Shown: piece after piece, positions 40,001 through 53,975 of the stretch | Position numbering within the stretch: position 1 is the stretch's first letter | Layout of the letters: the number at the start of each line of letters is the position of its first letter | NCBI GenBank assembly: GCA_043228905.1 | Contig: JBHGNT010000004.1 | Coordinates: 25,668,001-25,732,000 of the forward strand | Direction of reading: 5' to 3' | Length of the DNA stretch: 64,000 nucleotides | Origin: Azolla caroliniana | Taxonomy: Eukaryota; Plantae; Polypodiophyta | Translations under genes and position numbers: made by a program | Notes under the pieces: generated by a model | The model's input: only the letters and a program-made list of their open reading frames with translations | What the model was told of the DNA's origin: nothing | Databases searched by the model: none

Positions 40001-42009
40001 CTCGATGTCGATTTGTATCATTACAATTTGTTGTTTGGATTCCTTTGCATAATCCACTACCATTTGCACATTCAGAATATTATGCAGGATGTCCCTTCCC
40101 TCAATAAACCCATATTGCATTGGATGGACCATAGACAACAACACCATTTGAAGTCTATTTGCAATTACTTTGGCAAAAATCTTATACATCCCACCCATTA
40201 ATGATATTGGTCTCCATTGAGCAAAAGACATAGGAGATGCAACTTTTGGTATAAGTTTAACCAGACCAACTTTCCATGAATCGGGCATTTTACCAGAACT
40301 CCACATTTCTTGGAATATCATTGTTAGAGGGGCTTTGAGTTCTTGTAAAAGGGCTTTAAAAAACCCATTCGTAATGTCATCCCAACCCGAGCTTTTATCA
40401 ATTGCAAGATGTGATAATACATATTCCACCTCCTCCTCCAATGCAATCATGTCGTGTTGCCCATCACTCACCTTGACTGAGTTAAATAGCATCGATTGCA
40501 CTTGTGTTATATCATCATTCATAATACAGTCTTGCCCAAAAATATTTGTGAAATGTTTAACACAATTATCAATAATCACTTGTGGGTTTGTATTCAAAGT
40601 TCCATCAATCTCTACACTTACCACATTCATTCTAGCATGAGATGCCTACAACCCATGGTAAAACTTATGTGAATTACAGTTGTGATCATGTACTTCATTT
40701 TTCATAGCCATCACTCGTGATTGTTGATAACTGCGAACCTCCAATACTTGTAAGGCTTGTGACAATGTCTCTTGAATATCCAACAACACCTCATCAAATG
40801 GAATCTTTACCAACAATGCATTACATCTGTCTAGAAAGTGTTGTAATAAGCTCATCTTTTGTTTATGGATAGATGCTTGATAAATTCCATAATATCGTGT
40901 AAACCATTGAATATTGGAAAGACAAATATCCCATGACGAAACACCGTGGACATTGACTTATCTTGTAAACTCCCCCATCAATTGTCCCATAGCATGCTTA
41001 AATTTATCATGTCCAAGAAAAGATGAATTAAATCTCAATGGTTGTCTCCCCAATAAAGATCTAAAACCATCCACATTTTGATGTGTGCATTCGAAAACAA
41101 CTGGGAAATGATATGATGATCCAATCCCCCTATACACTTGCATAGTCAAAACCTCTGGCAAGAATGTATCATCATACATAATATAAATGTGATCCAGTCT
41201 ACACCAAGTTTATCTATATTGTGCCGATTGAAAGGTATAACCAACATCATTTCCATTGATCCAAGTCCATGCATCATACCTTACGACATCCATCATAAAC
41301 AAATCCCATACCTCTCGTTCAGGAGCATCCATCAAGCCATGCATCGAAGTAGATTGGCCCATCTCAGAACACATATTAAAATCCCCTAACAAAAAACCGG
41401 ATCTCCCATGAACCAAAACTTGATTTAAGCATCTCCAAATTTCCGTACGATGTCTTCCAACATTTGATCCATAAATACCAACCACCCAAATCTGTTTCCC
41501 TGTATAATTAACTTCAACCACCAAAAATCGACCATGTACATTTCTTTGAACCACTACCGGTTTCAAGTTATCCCTTATAATAAGCATTACACTTGAATAA
41601 GGGCCCTCATTGACTCCAGCATAAAACACGTGATATTGCTTATGATGAAAAGAAGACCTAGACTTAGCATGCTCCTTATGTTCTATTGCACATAATATAT
41701 CTCATTCACTATTAAAAATACTTTTCCACATACCATACTACTTCGATGGAGAACTAATTCCCCTTACATTCCATGTGACTTTCTTCATCACTCACTAATT
41801 ATATTGCTTCTTGGCTTGTTCTTGTTTCCGTTGTGCCAATATCTTTGGTATATCACCGAAATAATCACTTAAGACTGCAAATGCATTTTGCACAGATGGT
41901 CGATGATTATTGGTCGATCCCATTGTACCCCATGAATTATCTCTTTTCCAATTTTGTTTTTCTAATGGTAAATTGATTTTACCGTTCTTATCAAACATAA
42001 GGTTGAAAG

Positions 42010-42011
<2 letters not shown>
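37093..42011 (-). mobile_element. Decayed, 5'-truncated L1/Tx1-like LINE (ORF1 tail; ORF2 endonuclease-RT-zinc finger)
   Basis: ORF2 starts ~41788 (MKKVTWNVRG). APE motifs LLGDFNM, RLDHIY, SYHFPV; RT motifs WRPISLMGGMYKIFAK, QYGFIEGRDI, IDIEKA, SPLLFAIA, ALADDS; C-terminal VFLWRAIVGGLP and CFFC...ED..H.F..C. Many stops and frameshifts. Confidence 0.92.
38197..38949 (-). mobile_element. Insertion nested in the LINE, probable solo LTR
   Basis: Interrupts LINE ORF2. On - it starts TGTCG and ends GTTGAGA (one change from ...GACA); flanked by a near-identical 5-mer (acgca / ccgca). Confidence 0.5.

Positions 42012-42055
<44 letters not shown>
42012..42055. repeat. (TC)n microsatellite at the LINE 5' junction
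   Basis: Direct reading. Confidence 0.95.
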
Positions 42056-42057
<2 letters not shown>

Positions 42058-43781
42058 CCCCTTGGGAGGGTGGTGGAGCTCCACCCCCCCACCCATCAAC
42101 ACTTTGCACCTGTCAGACCATTGGTGGTAACTGGAAATCATCTCAAAGTGGTCCAACCAGGCTAAGACATCCTCAGAGGGCAAGTCGGAGGACGACTTCG
42201 GGCGGACCTTAGAATCTAGCTAATCTTGAGTCCGATCATTGTTAGCGGAGGCCTGATTTGTGTGGTTGATTCGAAGCATGGCGTTGGAGAGGACTTGAGG
42301 AGCTGCTCCATTTTGAAGGGGGGTAGCTGCGCATGAGGTTGTGGGAACTCAAGCTACATAGGCGTATCAGCTTCAAAGGCGACGAGAGGGAATTGGGAAA
42401 CCATGAACGAGGTGGTAGTGGCTAAAATTTTACCCCGCTTCTCCACCAATTAATATGTAAAATGCACATAAAAGGAATCAAAACTAGCTTTCTTAACTTC
42501 TTACTTCTTGTTCAATTTATAGAAGATACAAAGGTACCCATTTGGGTTGGCTTAGCTATATGCATGCTAAAAGGGTGGTGTGTTATAAGACATGCACTTG
42601 CACAAAAGGGACACCACAATATGTATATGTATATGAATCATATGAAGAAGGGAGGGAACATAAAAGTAAATTTACAAAACTTATTCTACCTCAAGAGCAA
42701 TAACAAGGCTAGTTTTGCCCTCTCATGGAGGTGTTGTAAACAAGCACTTGGTAACATAATTAAACATGTGTGGCCCTATCACAGATGTGCATGGTAGTCG
42801 AGTTGTAGCCCCATCCCCAACCCACCCACATCCCAAACATCTCATGTCTCTATATTCCATAAAGGATTTTAACCCCTCAAATATGTACTAAGCATATATG
42901 AGTTTTCAGTTCAAAATGTTGACAATATGGTTGATCATCAACTTGTTAAAGGGGAGCAAAACATGGTTGCTCGAGGGGGACAAAACTTATAATCGTGCAA
43001 GGTCACTAATTATCAAACCCATATTGAATGTGTGTCATTCAACCTACAAGGTGCATGTACCTCATAGATGGTGGAGGAAAGTGGTTAAAGATAATTAAAT
43101 GGCCAAGCAATGGGAAGACAAAGCTAGATCGATGGACAAAGAAGTTAAATAAATCATTTTTAGTGTGGACAAGAAGGACGTGTTTTCGCACCAAAGACTG
43201 ACATTGAACCAGAATGGCTTTAAAAAGAGAATGGCCTTCTCTATATGTAGGAATGCTACATCATTGTGTTCTATATTGCCACAACATTGCTATAATGCAT
43301 GGCCACATCTTTGCTACCATGCATGCACACCATTTAGAGATCCTGCATAACTTAATGATCTCATAACCATAACATAAGACGTCGTGATTAAATATTTTGG
43401 GAATACGAAAATATTGGTAGCCCCTTTGTCTTAGGTGAAAAATGCAACAAATATCCTTAGTTTATTATGATCAATACACAAATATTGGGATATAATATCC
43501 CATTCATCATAAAAACAACATTTATTCGATGTTTGAATTGAACATTCGAGGGGGGCGAGGACGTGGGTCTCCAGAACATTCCAGTGTCATTGATTTAGCT
43601 TATAGGTTCCCTACTATCTTTGTTTACAAAGTCAGTTAATCCATAGGTTGACTAAGTGTAGTATATTACTCATTGTGAACTAAGAAGTCTCAAGACTTTA
43701 AGAAAAATTATATAGTTACAAATAACCAAGTTTCTCTTCCAACATATATGGAAATCTCACGGTACTTATGATAATCAAATT

Positions 43782-44023
43782 CATACACAAGAAACTATCT
43801 CTGAGTAATGAAAAACCAATTGGCATGTGACCTACTACTCTCTAATAAGGATCCTAAAATTGGTTTGACCAAAGAACAATGAGATAAAGATAGGTGGGAA
43901 GGCATACACAAGAAACTATCTTTGAGTAACGAAAAACCAATTGGCATGTGACCTACTACTCTCTAATAAGGATCCTAAAATTGGTTTGACCAAAGAACAA
44001 TGAGATAAAGATAGGTGGGAAGG
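43782..44023. repeat. Near-perfect 121 bp tandem duplication
   Basis: catacacaagaaactatct...ataggtgggaagg twice, with two substitutions seen. Confidence 0.92.
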
Positions 44024-44862
44024 CCTCCGTTGTGTTTGTTTGGGCCAACATCAACTTGGGAATTATCCAACCATAAAGAGAAATATTTTGGCTAATGTGA
44101 CATTTGTTCTCAGTGTAACAAATTCATAAATTTGAGAGAATTGAAGTTTGACCCCTACCATGAGCTCTGCCCATCCCGTAGATCACTTGCAATTGGTCTC
44201 CCTTGGATGTTGAGTATAGCCACAATGGACAAAGAGTTCATTGTAGACTTCATGTCCAATTTTTCGATGTTTCCAATCTAATATTCTGTATAAAACCTTT
44301 CAGGGGTTTCCCATCAATAGCTACAAGGACGTGGTTGTGCATTGGATGCAGAATGAGTTTCATGATATGAGTTCAGAATTATTAGATCTTCCCGATCAAG
44401 ATTATCCTCAGGATTGCAATTTCTTAACTTTTCTTCTCAAGCATAATAATCTCTATTTCACTTGGACATGAATGTTAACACACTTTATTCAACACAAGCA
44501 AGACATTTGATTCTGCAGATAAATTAACACATTTGATCAATTACTCAAAAGGAGAATCTAGAACATATTTAATCAATTATTTCAAGCAAATTCTAGAGCA
44601 TATCATTAGAGGCCAACTTTTTCACCATCTGGGTTGCATAATATGATACATTGGTGAGGTAACAAGTGTTCCATCTTTGTCATCATCAAATATGCAGCGA
44701 AAAATATGCAACCAAAACTTGGAAAGCCTTCCCCTCAACCCCCTGGATTTTTCATGCAAGGAAGCAAGATCTATGCACAATTTTTAAAAATCGCTATATA
44801 TATCACATCAAATGACTAATCATGAAGTGAATGATTGAATGATTGAATGAATGATTGATTGA

Positions 44863-46876
44863 TTAGGTTCCTCCAGACCCATAGGTCTTCCCGAAGAAGA
44901 TGAGCTGAAGGCTGTCATATCCAGCAAGAACACCAGCACCAGCAATAGCTCTCAAAATGTTGGCTCCTGCTCCTTTGAAAAGAGACTTCACTCCCTCTTT
45001 CTTTACAATCTGGTTGAAGCAATCCAGGGATCCAGCATATTTAACAGCTTCACCGGAGGTCATCATCATGCGACGCCTCACAGTATCAATAGGATACGAA
45101 GCTAGACCTGACCCAGTTGTTATAACTCCAACCAAGTAGGAAACTAGCAAGGAAGTTGTCCTGCAAAAGTGAGAGAAACACGTGGTTAACAAAGAAGAAC
45201 ACAGAACCTTGGTTAAAAAGTAGCCTTTGACGCATTGATCTTGTGATAGAACCGAAAACTTCAGCAGAAAGTACTATGCGGTTGGTAATTAATTGCAAGT
45301 ATCTAGCAAATTTAGTATCTACTCTGCCTTCACGAGTATCTATATGATCTATGTCTTGCATTACATTACTAATGGGCTAAGTACAAACTAAAATTGGATC
45401 AGTTGAAAATGTGTGAGGTGCGGGACACTTTATAGCACAAAATCCAAAACCATGATCATGGATAGAGTCCTTTGATAAAGCACCTATCCTAAAATAATTA
45501 CTATGTATACTATAACTACAAGTACCTATCTTGCAAATACGCTTGCTATTATACCTTCCTGTAATAACAGTGACCATCGTATAATATGAATAGTTTGACC
45601 ATTATGAGAATTCTTCGATGATTATGTGCAGACAAGTATAAAGTTGATCATTACCCCTAGCTTACCGACCAATAGGACAGGTTTCAAGGAGTCAATACAT
45701 TCCGAAGTAGAGACCCCTATAGACGATGATTCCAACACAAGAAATGGTAAACCCTCTATACAGACCAGCTACACCATCTGAGGCTAGTGTCTTCCTATAC
45801 ACATCAAGTAGACCGTTGAATTGGCGACCACCACCCTTCTTTGCAGCCTTAGCATCATTGGCTAACCGCGTCCTTGCATAATCGAGAGAATAGACAAAAA
45901 GCAGAGAGGAAGCCCCAGCAGCACCTCCTGATGCTAGATTTCCAGCAAACCAGGCCCAGTATCCATCCTTATCCTTCTTAAAGTTGAACAGCAATATATG
46001 AAAAAGAACATTTTATGAGCCTCGATGATGCCCAGAGCAAAACTACAAAATGTGCTCAAAATTTCATTAGGGGGCCCAAAGTATGGGAAAATAACTTCAT
46101 TAATAGCTAAAACAATGTTGAAAAAAAGTTACAATAACCTCCTACAAAATGTGGGAAGAAAACTCGATAAGAACCTACAAAATGTGAAAAGAGATAATTA
46201 AGAGCCTACAAAATGTGGCAATTCCTGGTGAAGATCCTATAGATGCAAAAACAAACCTCATAAAATGTGTACCAATAAAAACCTACGAGAAAGCAAGAAA
46301 AACACTTTACTGTCTTCTGGAAAAAACTCATAAGGAGCATTTATCATCACACTATGAGGCTTTTGACAGGGTTAGGCATCAATCAAAAAATGAAAAAGAA
46401 ACTCAAATCTTCAGAATGCTAAAATAGGAAGGATACAAACAAACCTGAGTAGGGAAGTATCTGATGACGTTTGCAGTGTTTCCACGCCACAAAGAAATAA
46501 ATCCTTCTTCTTGCACCGTACGACTGAAGCAGTCCGTGATACCTTTATAGGGCTCCTGAAGCCTACCTGCCTTAATCATCTCATCCTGATTCTGAATTAA
46601 CAATTTCACTCGTTCTATAGGAGCTGCGGCCGTCTTCGACACCGCAGCAGAAACGCCCCCCATCAGGAAATCCACAGCAAATGCATAAGGACCTTTCTTA
46701 TCTATTGGAGCAGCAACAAAGACAGGATTGCTTTTGTGAGATAGTATTCTTGTTGTTTGTGATGATCGCAAATAAGAAGAAACCATATCCGTGTCCAATA
46801 GCAAGCAAATTGAAGAAGAAGAGGTTTCCGATATGGTTCTCCTTGATTGATGATATGGATAGAATGAGATTAGCAT
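44863..46876 (-). pseudogene. AAC: Mitochondrial ADP/ATP carrier (AAC/ANT), disrupted
   Basis: [62 protein letters not shown] and the RRRMMM signature are present. Lesions: the acceptor and ALNFAFKDYFKR-equivalent segment are missing before 45992; +1 T at ~45695 (TAT T GAC gives TGA); +1 A at ~45128 (TGG A GTT ATA). Confidence 0.85.
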
Positions 46877-49849
46877 GGGTCCATGTGGAATTCTCTTGTT
46901 CTCAGAAAAGAGGTTTGCCCCTTGTATTTATATATTTATTTATCTAGTCGCCGGACGCCGGTTCGCCGGATGCCACAGTATATAATATCTGAAACTTAAG
47001 ACTACAAATCTCGGAATGAATACATTCCTACTTGGAAACAATGACATCAATTCTCAATCTAACTCGGGACTAAAGATAACAATTATCAAACTTTCTTGGA
47101 ATTTACAATATCAATTCTCGCAGACATGAGCATCACACAGGTTATGCTAACTGAAGAATGAACAGAAATCTCTAAATCTTTGAGAGTTCACCACTCCTGC
47201 ACACAGAACATAGATTCTCACAAATATACATGTCATAAATGAAAAGCAAACTCAAGGATAGAACAAACAAATGGACACCTTGTTAACAATTCAAATTTGT
47301 TCAATACATTATGGAAGAATATATATTGACGTATCTAGACTGGGCCATATCCACTGATATCAGTTGCCTAATTCTGGAAGTCTACTTCTGATCAAATCCA
47401 TCATGCGCAATTATTATTAAATCCAATAACAGTAGAGACAAGTATGGAATGAATCAATCTGTGTATATTATGACTACATGATCTTCAACAGGTACATTTT
47501 ACAAGGAAGCTCAAAATATATATACCTATAAGTCATATTGCTCGATCATCAAGATCATACAATTAAACACAGGAACCACTGTTAAGATATATAATAAGAA
47601 TGTTCTCAGAAATATGATCAGATATATCGTTCATGATGAAGAACAAAAACATATTATGGTGTTTGAAGATCAGAGTGGAGAATCTAGAACAGATTTTAGC
47701 GTGGGAAAAAGAACATGAAAGGTTCAAATGGTGAGAGAGAGAAAGAAGCAGGGAACCTGGAATCGCATGAAAAACGATCGGGGGACGAAGGCGATGGCGA
47801 GCTCGAGCTCGAGCTCGAGCTCAGAACACGGAAGAAGCAGAGACAAGAATTTTAAAACCGAGGGCTGAAGCTATTTTTAGAAAAGAGAAAGGTCCGCTTG
47901 GTGTTCACACTCTGATGAGTTTTGTCCGGACAACTACACACTAGAGAAATGTTGTAGTAAATGAGCAAGAAATGGTAGAAGAGAAACACAGTGACTCTCC
48001 GAACATACGCTCGGAGACAATGCAAATGGATTTGCATTGCCTGCGCACGTCACATATAAACCTTGCACTAACATGCCGCAAAGTATACATCAAATAGATC
48101 ATTTGAGCTAAATTTGATGTTGTGTAGAAAATGGGTTGTCTATGCATCAACACTAAGGTGTGGACAGGCAACCAAAATGGCGAACAAACCACGAACGTAA
48201 CATGGTGTGAAATCAAGGCTGGTTACACGAAAAGGTGAATGTGCAAATGATGTGGCACCAAAATATTAGCTATTGTGACAAATGGGGTAGAGAGTGAACA
48301 CTCCAATTAAAGAATCTGGAACGAATAAGCAAGGAAATTGTGTCAATAATCCTCTTCTTCAATGAGCAACCAAATGTATGTTTATGTTCCAAAAATATGC
48401 TAGAAGGACTTACTCCAATGTATGCTAAAACTAAGATGTTCAATATCTAGGTCTTCTTGGTTGGGAACCCGCATTGTAGCCATTTTTAAGATTAAAAACT
48501 CACATAACCAAAACAATGATCACGAAGAACACTTTACATTTTGACTAGAAGCTTATGACTATTTGAGAATAATTTCCACCCTCGATCACTTGATGCATCA
48601 ATCTCATACCAATCCTAGAAATACTCACTAAGATCCTCGCCTATTAGGCCCTTGCGTTTGCTCATTGTTCAAGCACTAGAACAAACTTTTGTAAACATAA
48701 CGACTCTTACAACACATTTACCAAACTCCATAGGTCATGTTAGTAGTTTCTCGAGAACAATAATAGATCTTCAACATCATTGTGATCTCTCTCTACCTTA
48801 TGCAGGTTCGCACTAGGGGAGTATATGTTCTTGTTCAATAGGAAGTCTCACATTTCTTAAGACTGGCATTTGAACTAGGTGTGAGAGAAGTAATGTTTCC
48901 ATTTTTCTTACACTTACACCCCACCATTATGTGATTGAGGGAGTATTGGTAGAAAATATTACCTCTAGGTGAAGCGGTTCCTCTTGCTTGGTTAATGTCG
49001 TGGTGTGAGAGACAAATTGCCCAAGGTAAGGCTTGAAATAAACATGTAATGCATGTGAAACGAAGGCCATTACAAGTTTCATTTCTATAGGTTTTCATGT
49101 TAAAGAATCCTTATGTGACATTAGAATATAGATATTCCAAGTAATGGCACCACAATGAAGTATTTTCAAACTTTTATAATTTGTGCATTGTAAGTTGTAG
49201 TCGCTTTATACAGTATATTGTTTTGGTCTCATAGGCTGCATTGACCGATTGAGAGACACTCACACACGCCTTCTTCTTCATTAATGGAATGCGTACAAGG
49301 AGTTCTAAAATATTTATATGATTTTTCTATCATATTTAGTTTGAGAAGTAAGATGTTAAAGAATCATCCAATAATATGTATAACAATGCTAGTAGAACTA
49401 CTCATTTACGACACTTAGACTAATCATTTCACAATAAACATTTAGAAGTGTGACCTCAAATTGTTTTAATAAGATTGTTAGCACATCAATCACACTAAAA
49501 ATCACATTTTGAAAATTATGTTTATCTTTTCTTTTGTAATTAGCTTACCCTATTGGTAAGTTGTTATACTATAAGCACTACATCTTGGGTTCGAAACCCA
49601 ATTTTCTCTCCTCTATTATATACTTCATACATATGTCTTAATTCACTAGAAGTGGATGATACTCTCTCTCTCTCTCTCTCTCTCTTTTGGATGTATTACG
49701 TGAAATGCAATATTTTTTGTCTCATAGGCTATATTTGACATCCAAAGACAATAATAAAAACTCGTGGTTATATTTTTTCTAAAGTGTTTAACATCTCTCT
49801 AAAGCACCTAGATGCTCATCATGCCAAATAGAAATCTCATGTTGAATCT

Positions 49850-50850
49850 TGAGAAAACGAAAGTGGGGTTTTAGATAAGACAAAATCTCATGTTGAATAT
49901 TGGAAAAACTTAAGTGACGATGTGGAACATCCTAGTAATGTGAGCTAGAAAGTTGGGGAATTACTATATATTTGGAGAAGCACCCATGAACTATGTTTGG
50001 GAGTGGCTCTACTTGGGGATTATGCTTGAACAACCATATCTCTCTTTGAACCAAGTTGCAACTTTTTGTGATTATTGTCACACCCACACTTGTATCTCAA
50101 TTAGACATTCGGGACCATAACTCCACCATATGTATAGACCACTTCTTTTAGAAGAAAGTAACCTACATGAAAAGGAGTATTACAATGGATGGGAGCACAT
50201 GTAAAACCCGTTCCCCATGTGTGTATCCTATATTGTGTGAGTAAAGCATTAAGGCCACATGAGATCACCAAAGGCAAAATTAGACAGCAACACCAATAGG
50301 AGCAATCCACATATTCACAAGTTGCTCTCACATCCTCCATGGTTTTGGCAACAACCAACAAACTTACCACCCTCCTAATTGGTTTTCCCAAATCTAGGGC
50401 TTAACTTGTCAAAGTGATTTAGGTAATAAAACCTAACATACTAAGGATAAACACTAGTAGAAAAATTGGTTAATTGCCTAATACTTCATGGGATGAGGAT
50501 GACACGTTCTGCCTACGCACTTTCCCAAGATCTCCCATTGCACTTTCATCATCCACCATAACTAGATATATTTTGAATTCACATCTCAAGTATGACCTTC
50601 GTGCAACATTGGAGAAACACGCACCTCTTCAAATCAACTAATAAAACAGATTAGTTCTTGGGAGAAAACAATAACCAATGGGCACGTTATGCTTAAATTT
50701 TTGGATCTTGAGGTATATGTGGGCCCAAAAGTAGCTATTGGAATTCCATAACCTCAAAATTTCTCCTTAAATCTAGATTTGCTTTTCCCAAATAAACTTG
50801 GAGTCAACTTGCACCATTAAGGAACCTTCCAATGTACACGACTCCACTCA
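49850..50850 (-). mobile_element. Highly decayed Ty3/gypsy-like RT relic
   Basis: Only loose motif echoes on - in the expected order (ITCPL..., VMVDD, KPIRRVV...DVR). Confidence 0.3.
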
Positions 50851-52983
50851 TATGAGCAATCGGCTATAAACTAGTTTTTGACTTTTATGCTTGAAGTCTG
50901 AAGTTGTAATCTAGTTTTTACTTTTATGGTTGAAGCTTGAAGATATTGGAAAGTAGTCCAAGACTACTTACTACCTTGAAAGTTTTAAGAAACTAGCTAA
51001 AAGTAATCTTTGACTACCTAAAGGTATTTTCCCTTTTCTTCCACATACTTCCAACATTTAATATAATTATGTAACATATAGTGTGGACTTTTGGGTCTAA
51101 AATTGCATACTCGACAGTTGTTCATTTTGCATGTTTCATTTTCAATTAAATTTTAGTGCCCGTGAATTGGAATCCACATCTTCACTTTATTAGCTCATTT
51201 CTTTAGATGCAATATAATAAAAAACAAGAATAGAGAGTAGGAACTTCATTGATACCAATAAGCTATTTGTATTCCATAGTAATGTCTATGAAAATACTTC
51301 ACATTGTTTTAGATTTTATGTAGGTTTATACTTGACGCATCAAGAACCATTTTCCTTTATAATGAATACGTGTGCATATATGGATATACATAAATACATG
51401 AAGATCATTCATGTCCAACAATGTGGAGCCCATCAAAGTATAAGTGCATACATACGATGCTTGCAATAGGCCCAATGTTCCTCCATTGCATTGTTGGAGC
51501 GATTACATGTCCTGCACAATCTTAACTAACCTTGGTTATGTGGATTTCATCGCTACTTTCATGCTGAAGTTACAATTTTGGTGGCAATTGATCTTGATCC
51601 AATGATATGGTAATTATTGATTATGGTCATCCAAAGCTTTCAAAAGAGATATTATATATATGTATATATAACCTAAGCCTACAGCACATTGATGACAAAT
51701 ATTTTCTTTTGTGACCTCAATGTTGACATCTCCATTACATTAAAGTATGTTATGCAATCAGGTTCTTTTCTACATGTAAGTTGGAATTGCCCTCACGTTT
51801 TATACTTGGTTGTAAAAACATAACATAAATTGACTTGGGAAGATATTGTCCATACTTAACAACTTTAAGTAGTTTCTTCATTATCATCATAAATTATGAG
51901 GGATATGAAAGAAAAGGTCATCCTAAAGTTATTCAACAAGGTTTAAGGGTTTCCATCACTTTAGACATGTATGCAACTTACGCACTTCCGAAACATGTGT
52001 TATGTAAGGTGTGGACAGTTCCCATGTTTAATAAACCTATTGTAAGTGTAGTTTTTAAAGAACAAAAACAAGCCAATTCGTATCGTAAAAAGGTTGAGAA
52101 CACTAGGAAGTTAGTTCTAGAGATTAATTTTTTCCCATTTTCCACATTGATTGAATGTATGGTGCAAAGGGGAAATACAGATATAAATAGCCCATAGAAA
52201 GTTGGGAACACAAAGAAAATCAAAATTTTAACTTGAAGATTCTATTCCATTGAACAATTATACAACAAGAGGCTTCTTCATGAGACGCCACCTGTTTCTA
52301 AACGAAAGAAAAATATACCGGGCTCTAAGGTTTGACAAATGGGTACGACTCTCCAATTGAAGAAGAAGAAAAACAAGCGGGGGAGGGGGAAGAAAATTAA
52401 ACAGATAGAGACATTTTGTTTGTGTTTTGTCACTTGTGGTGGGCTCTTTAAGATAAGTGAGGAAAGTTAGCTGGACTTTCTCTATCACTTGTTGCCTTCC
52501 TATAGCAAGACATTCATTTATCCTGACGAAAAAGGCATTGTATGGGGTTTGAATCCCTCCTCGCCCTATCTGCCCTCTTCATTTTTACCTTTGGTAGCTT
52601 CATTATTTCCCACAATTACAATGGCTTCATTTATAGTATTATTATGAGGCAAATATCCATATATATATATATATGCACTATATTATGAGGTAGATATCCA
52701 AAAGCAATGTATTATCATCATCTATCATCAAGCATGTGGGGTACTCACTTTACACACAAACACACATCAATGCTAGCTATGCAAAATGTGCGTACAAACT
52801 TTACACATCAAAGCTAGCTATATATATATATTGTACCCTCTTTTTCTTTGATAAGGCTACATCATTCAATTCAACTTTTTGACTATATTTACACTTAGCT
52901 TCTTTACTTCCCTTATAACCCAATAACTTAGCTCTTTTCTTCTTCTTTGGTACTTACTTATATATAGTGATTTTTTTTTTTGT

Positions 52984-53013
52984 GGGGGTGGGGTGGGGTG
53001 GGGTGGGGTGGGG
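52984..53013 (+). repeat. (GGGGT)6 tract, G-quadruplex-competent
   Basis: Direct reading. Confidence 0.85.
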
Positions 53014-53975
53014 CAAGGTAGGAGTTCCAACCTACTTTTGCTTTCTATTGTGGTGTACAAGTATCTCTATATACTTCTTGAGGTCCTCTCATTCATTAGT
53101 ACTTTGGCTTTCTTTATTTCTTGTTTCCTCTTTTCATCGGTTTTTTGGTTTTTTATCTTTCCCTTCTTTAGGGGTTGGGTGGGAGGGTAAGCTCTACCAA
53201 CTTGTGATCTTCTGGTTTGAGATGGCCGCCAATCTTGACTTTGTAAGAGATGGGTCAATCACTGGGATGCCTCGACTCTCGAGAAGTCGCAAGATTTGTG
53301 TCCCAATATGCCGTTGGCACAATGGGCATTCGTCTTTCGACACTCGGATCACCTGTGGACGGACATGATGGTATTGTACAATGAACCATTAGATAACGGG
53401 TTATGGACATCACCCATATGCATACACATACACATGCACACATGCACACATGCACACATAAAGTTACAAACATGTGATCATGCATTCACACATTCATATA
53501 TCCATGCACTAAAAAATACCTTTGTTATGAATGATTTTACCAAAGGCATTGTACCCTTCCAGCCTTTAAAATGATCAATTTATGACCATAGTACGAGAGA
53601 GAAAAAGTAATTATTATTTACAGAGGTCACTACGAATGCTGAATGCTTAATGTGGAAACTTTGGAGTAATAATTACTTTGTCCGTTATTGACCAAGAGTA
53701 TAATTTGATGTTTTTTAAAACATGCAACAATACTTTACAATTTAGCACTCAACATGGAAGGGTAATCTTGCATTCACACATGCTTGTTTGCCTTTCCCTT
53801 ACCTTCAATATACAATTTATGCAGAACATGTGATTGCAATCAAGCCGAATCGGATCGATAATGAAACCTGATCGAGTTCACAAAAACATGACGGTTTTAG
53901 CCAAAGTTCAAGATGAGCTGTGTGGGTAATCTTAGATCAAATGGACTATATATATGCATATAAAAGGATAATGGG

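Noticed and set aside
41795-42212. ORFs with ER/SL runs
   Set aside because: Read-through of the (TC)n tract; only the NAFAVL tail is plausibly LINE ORF1.
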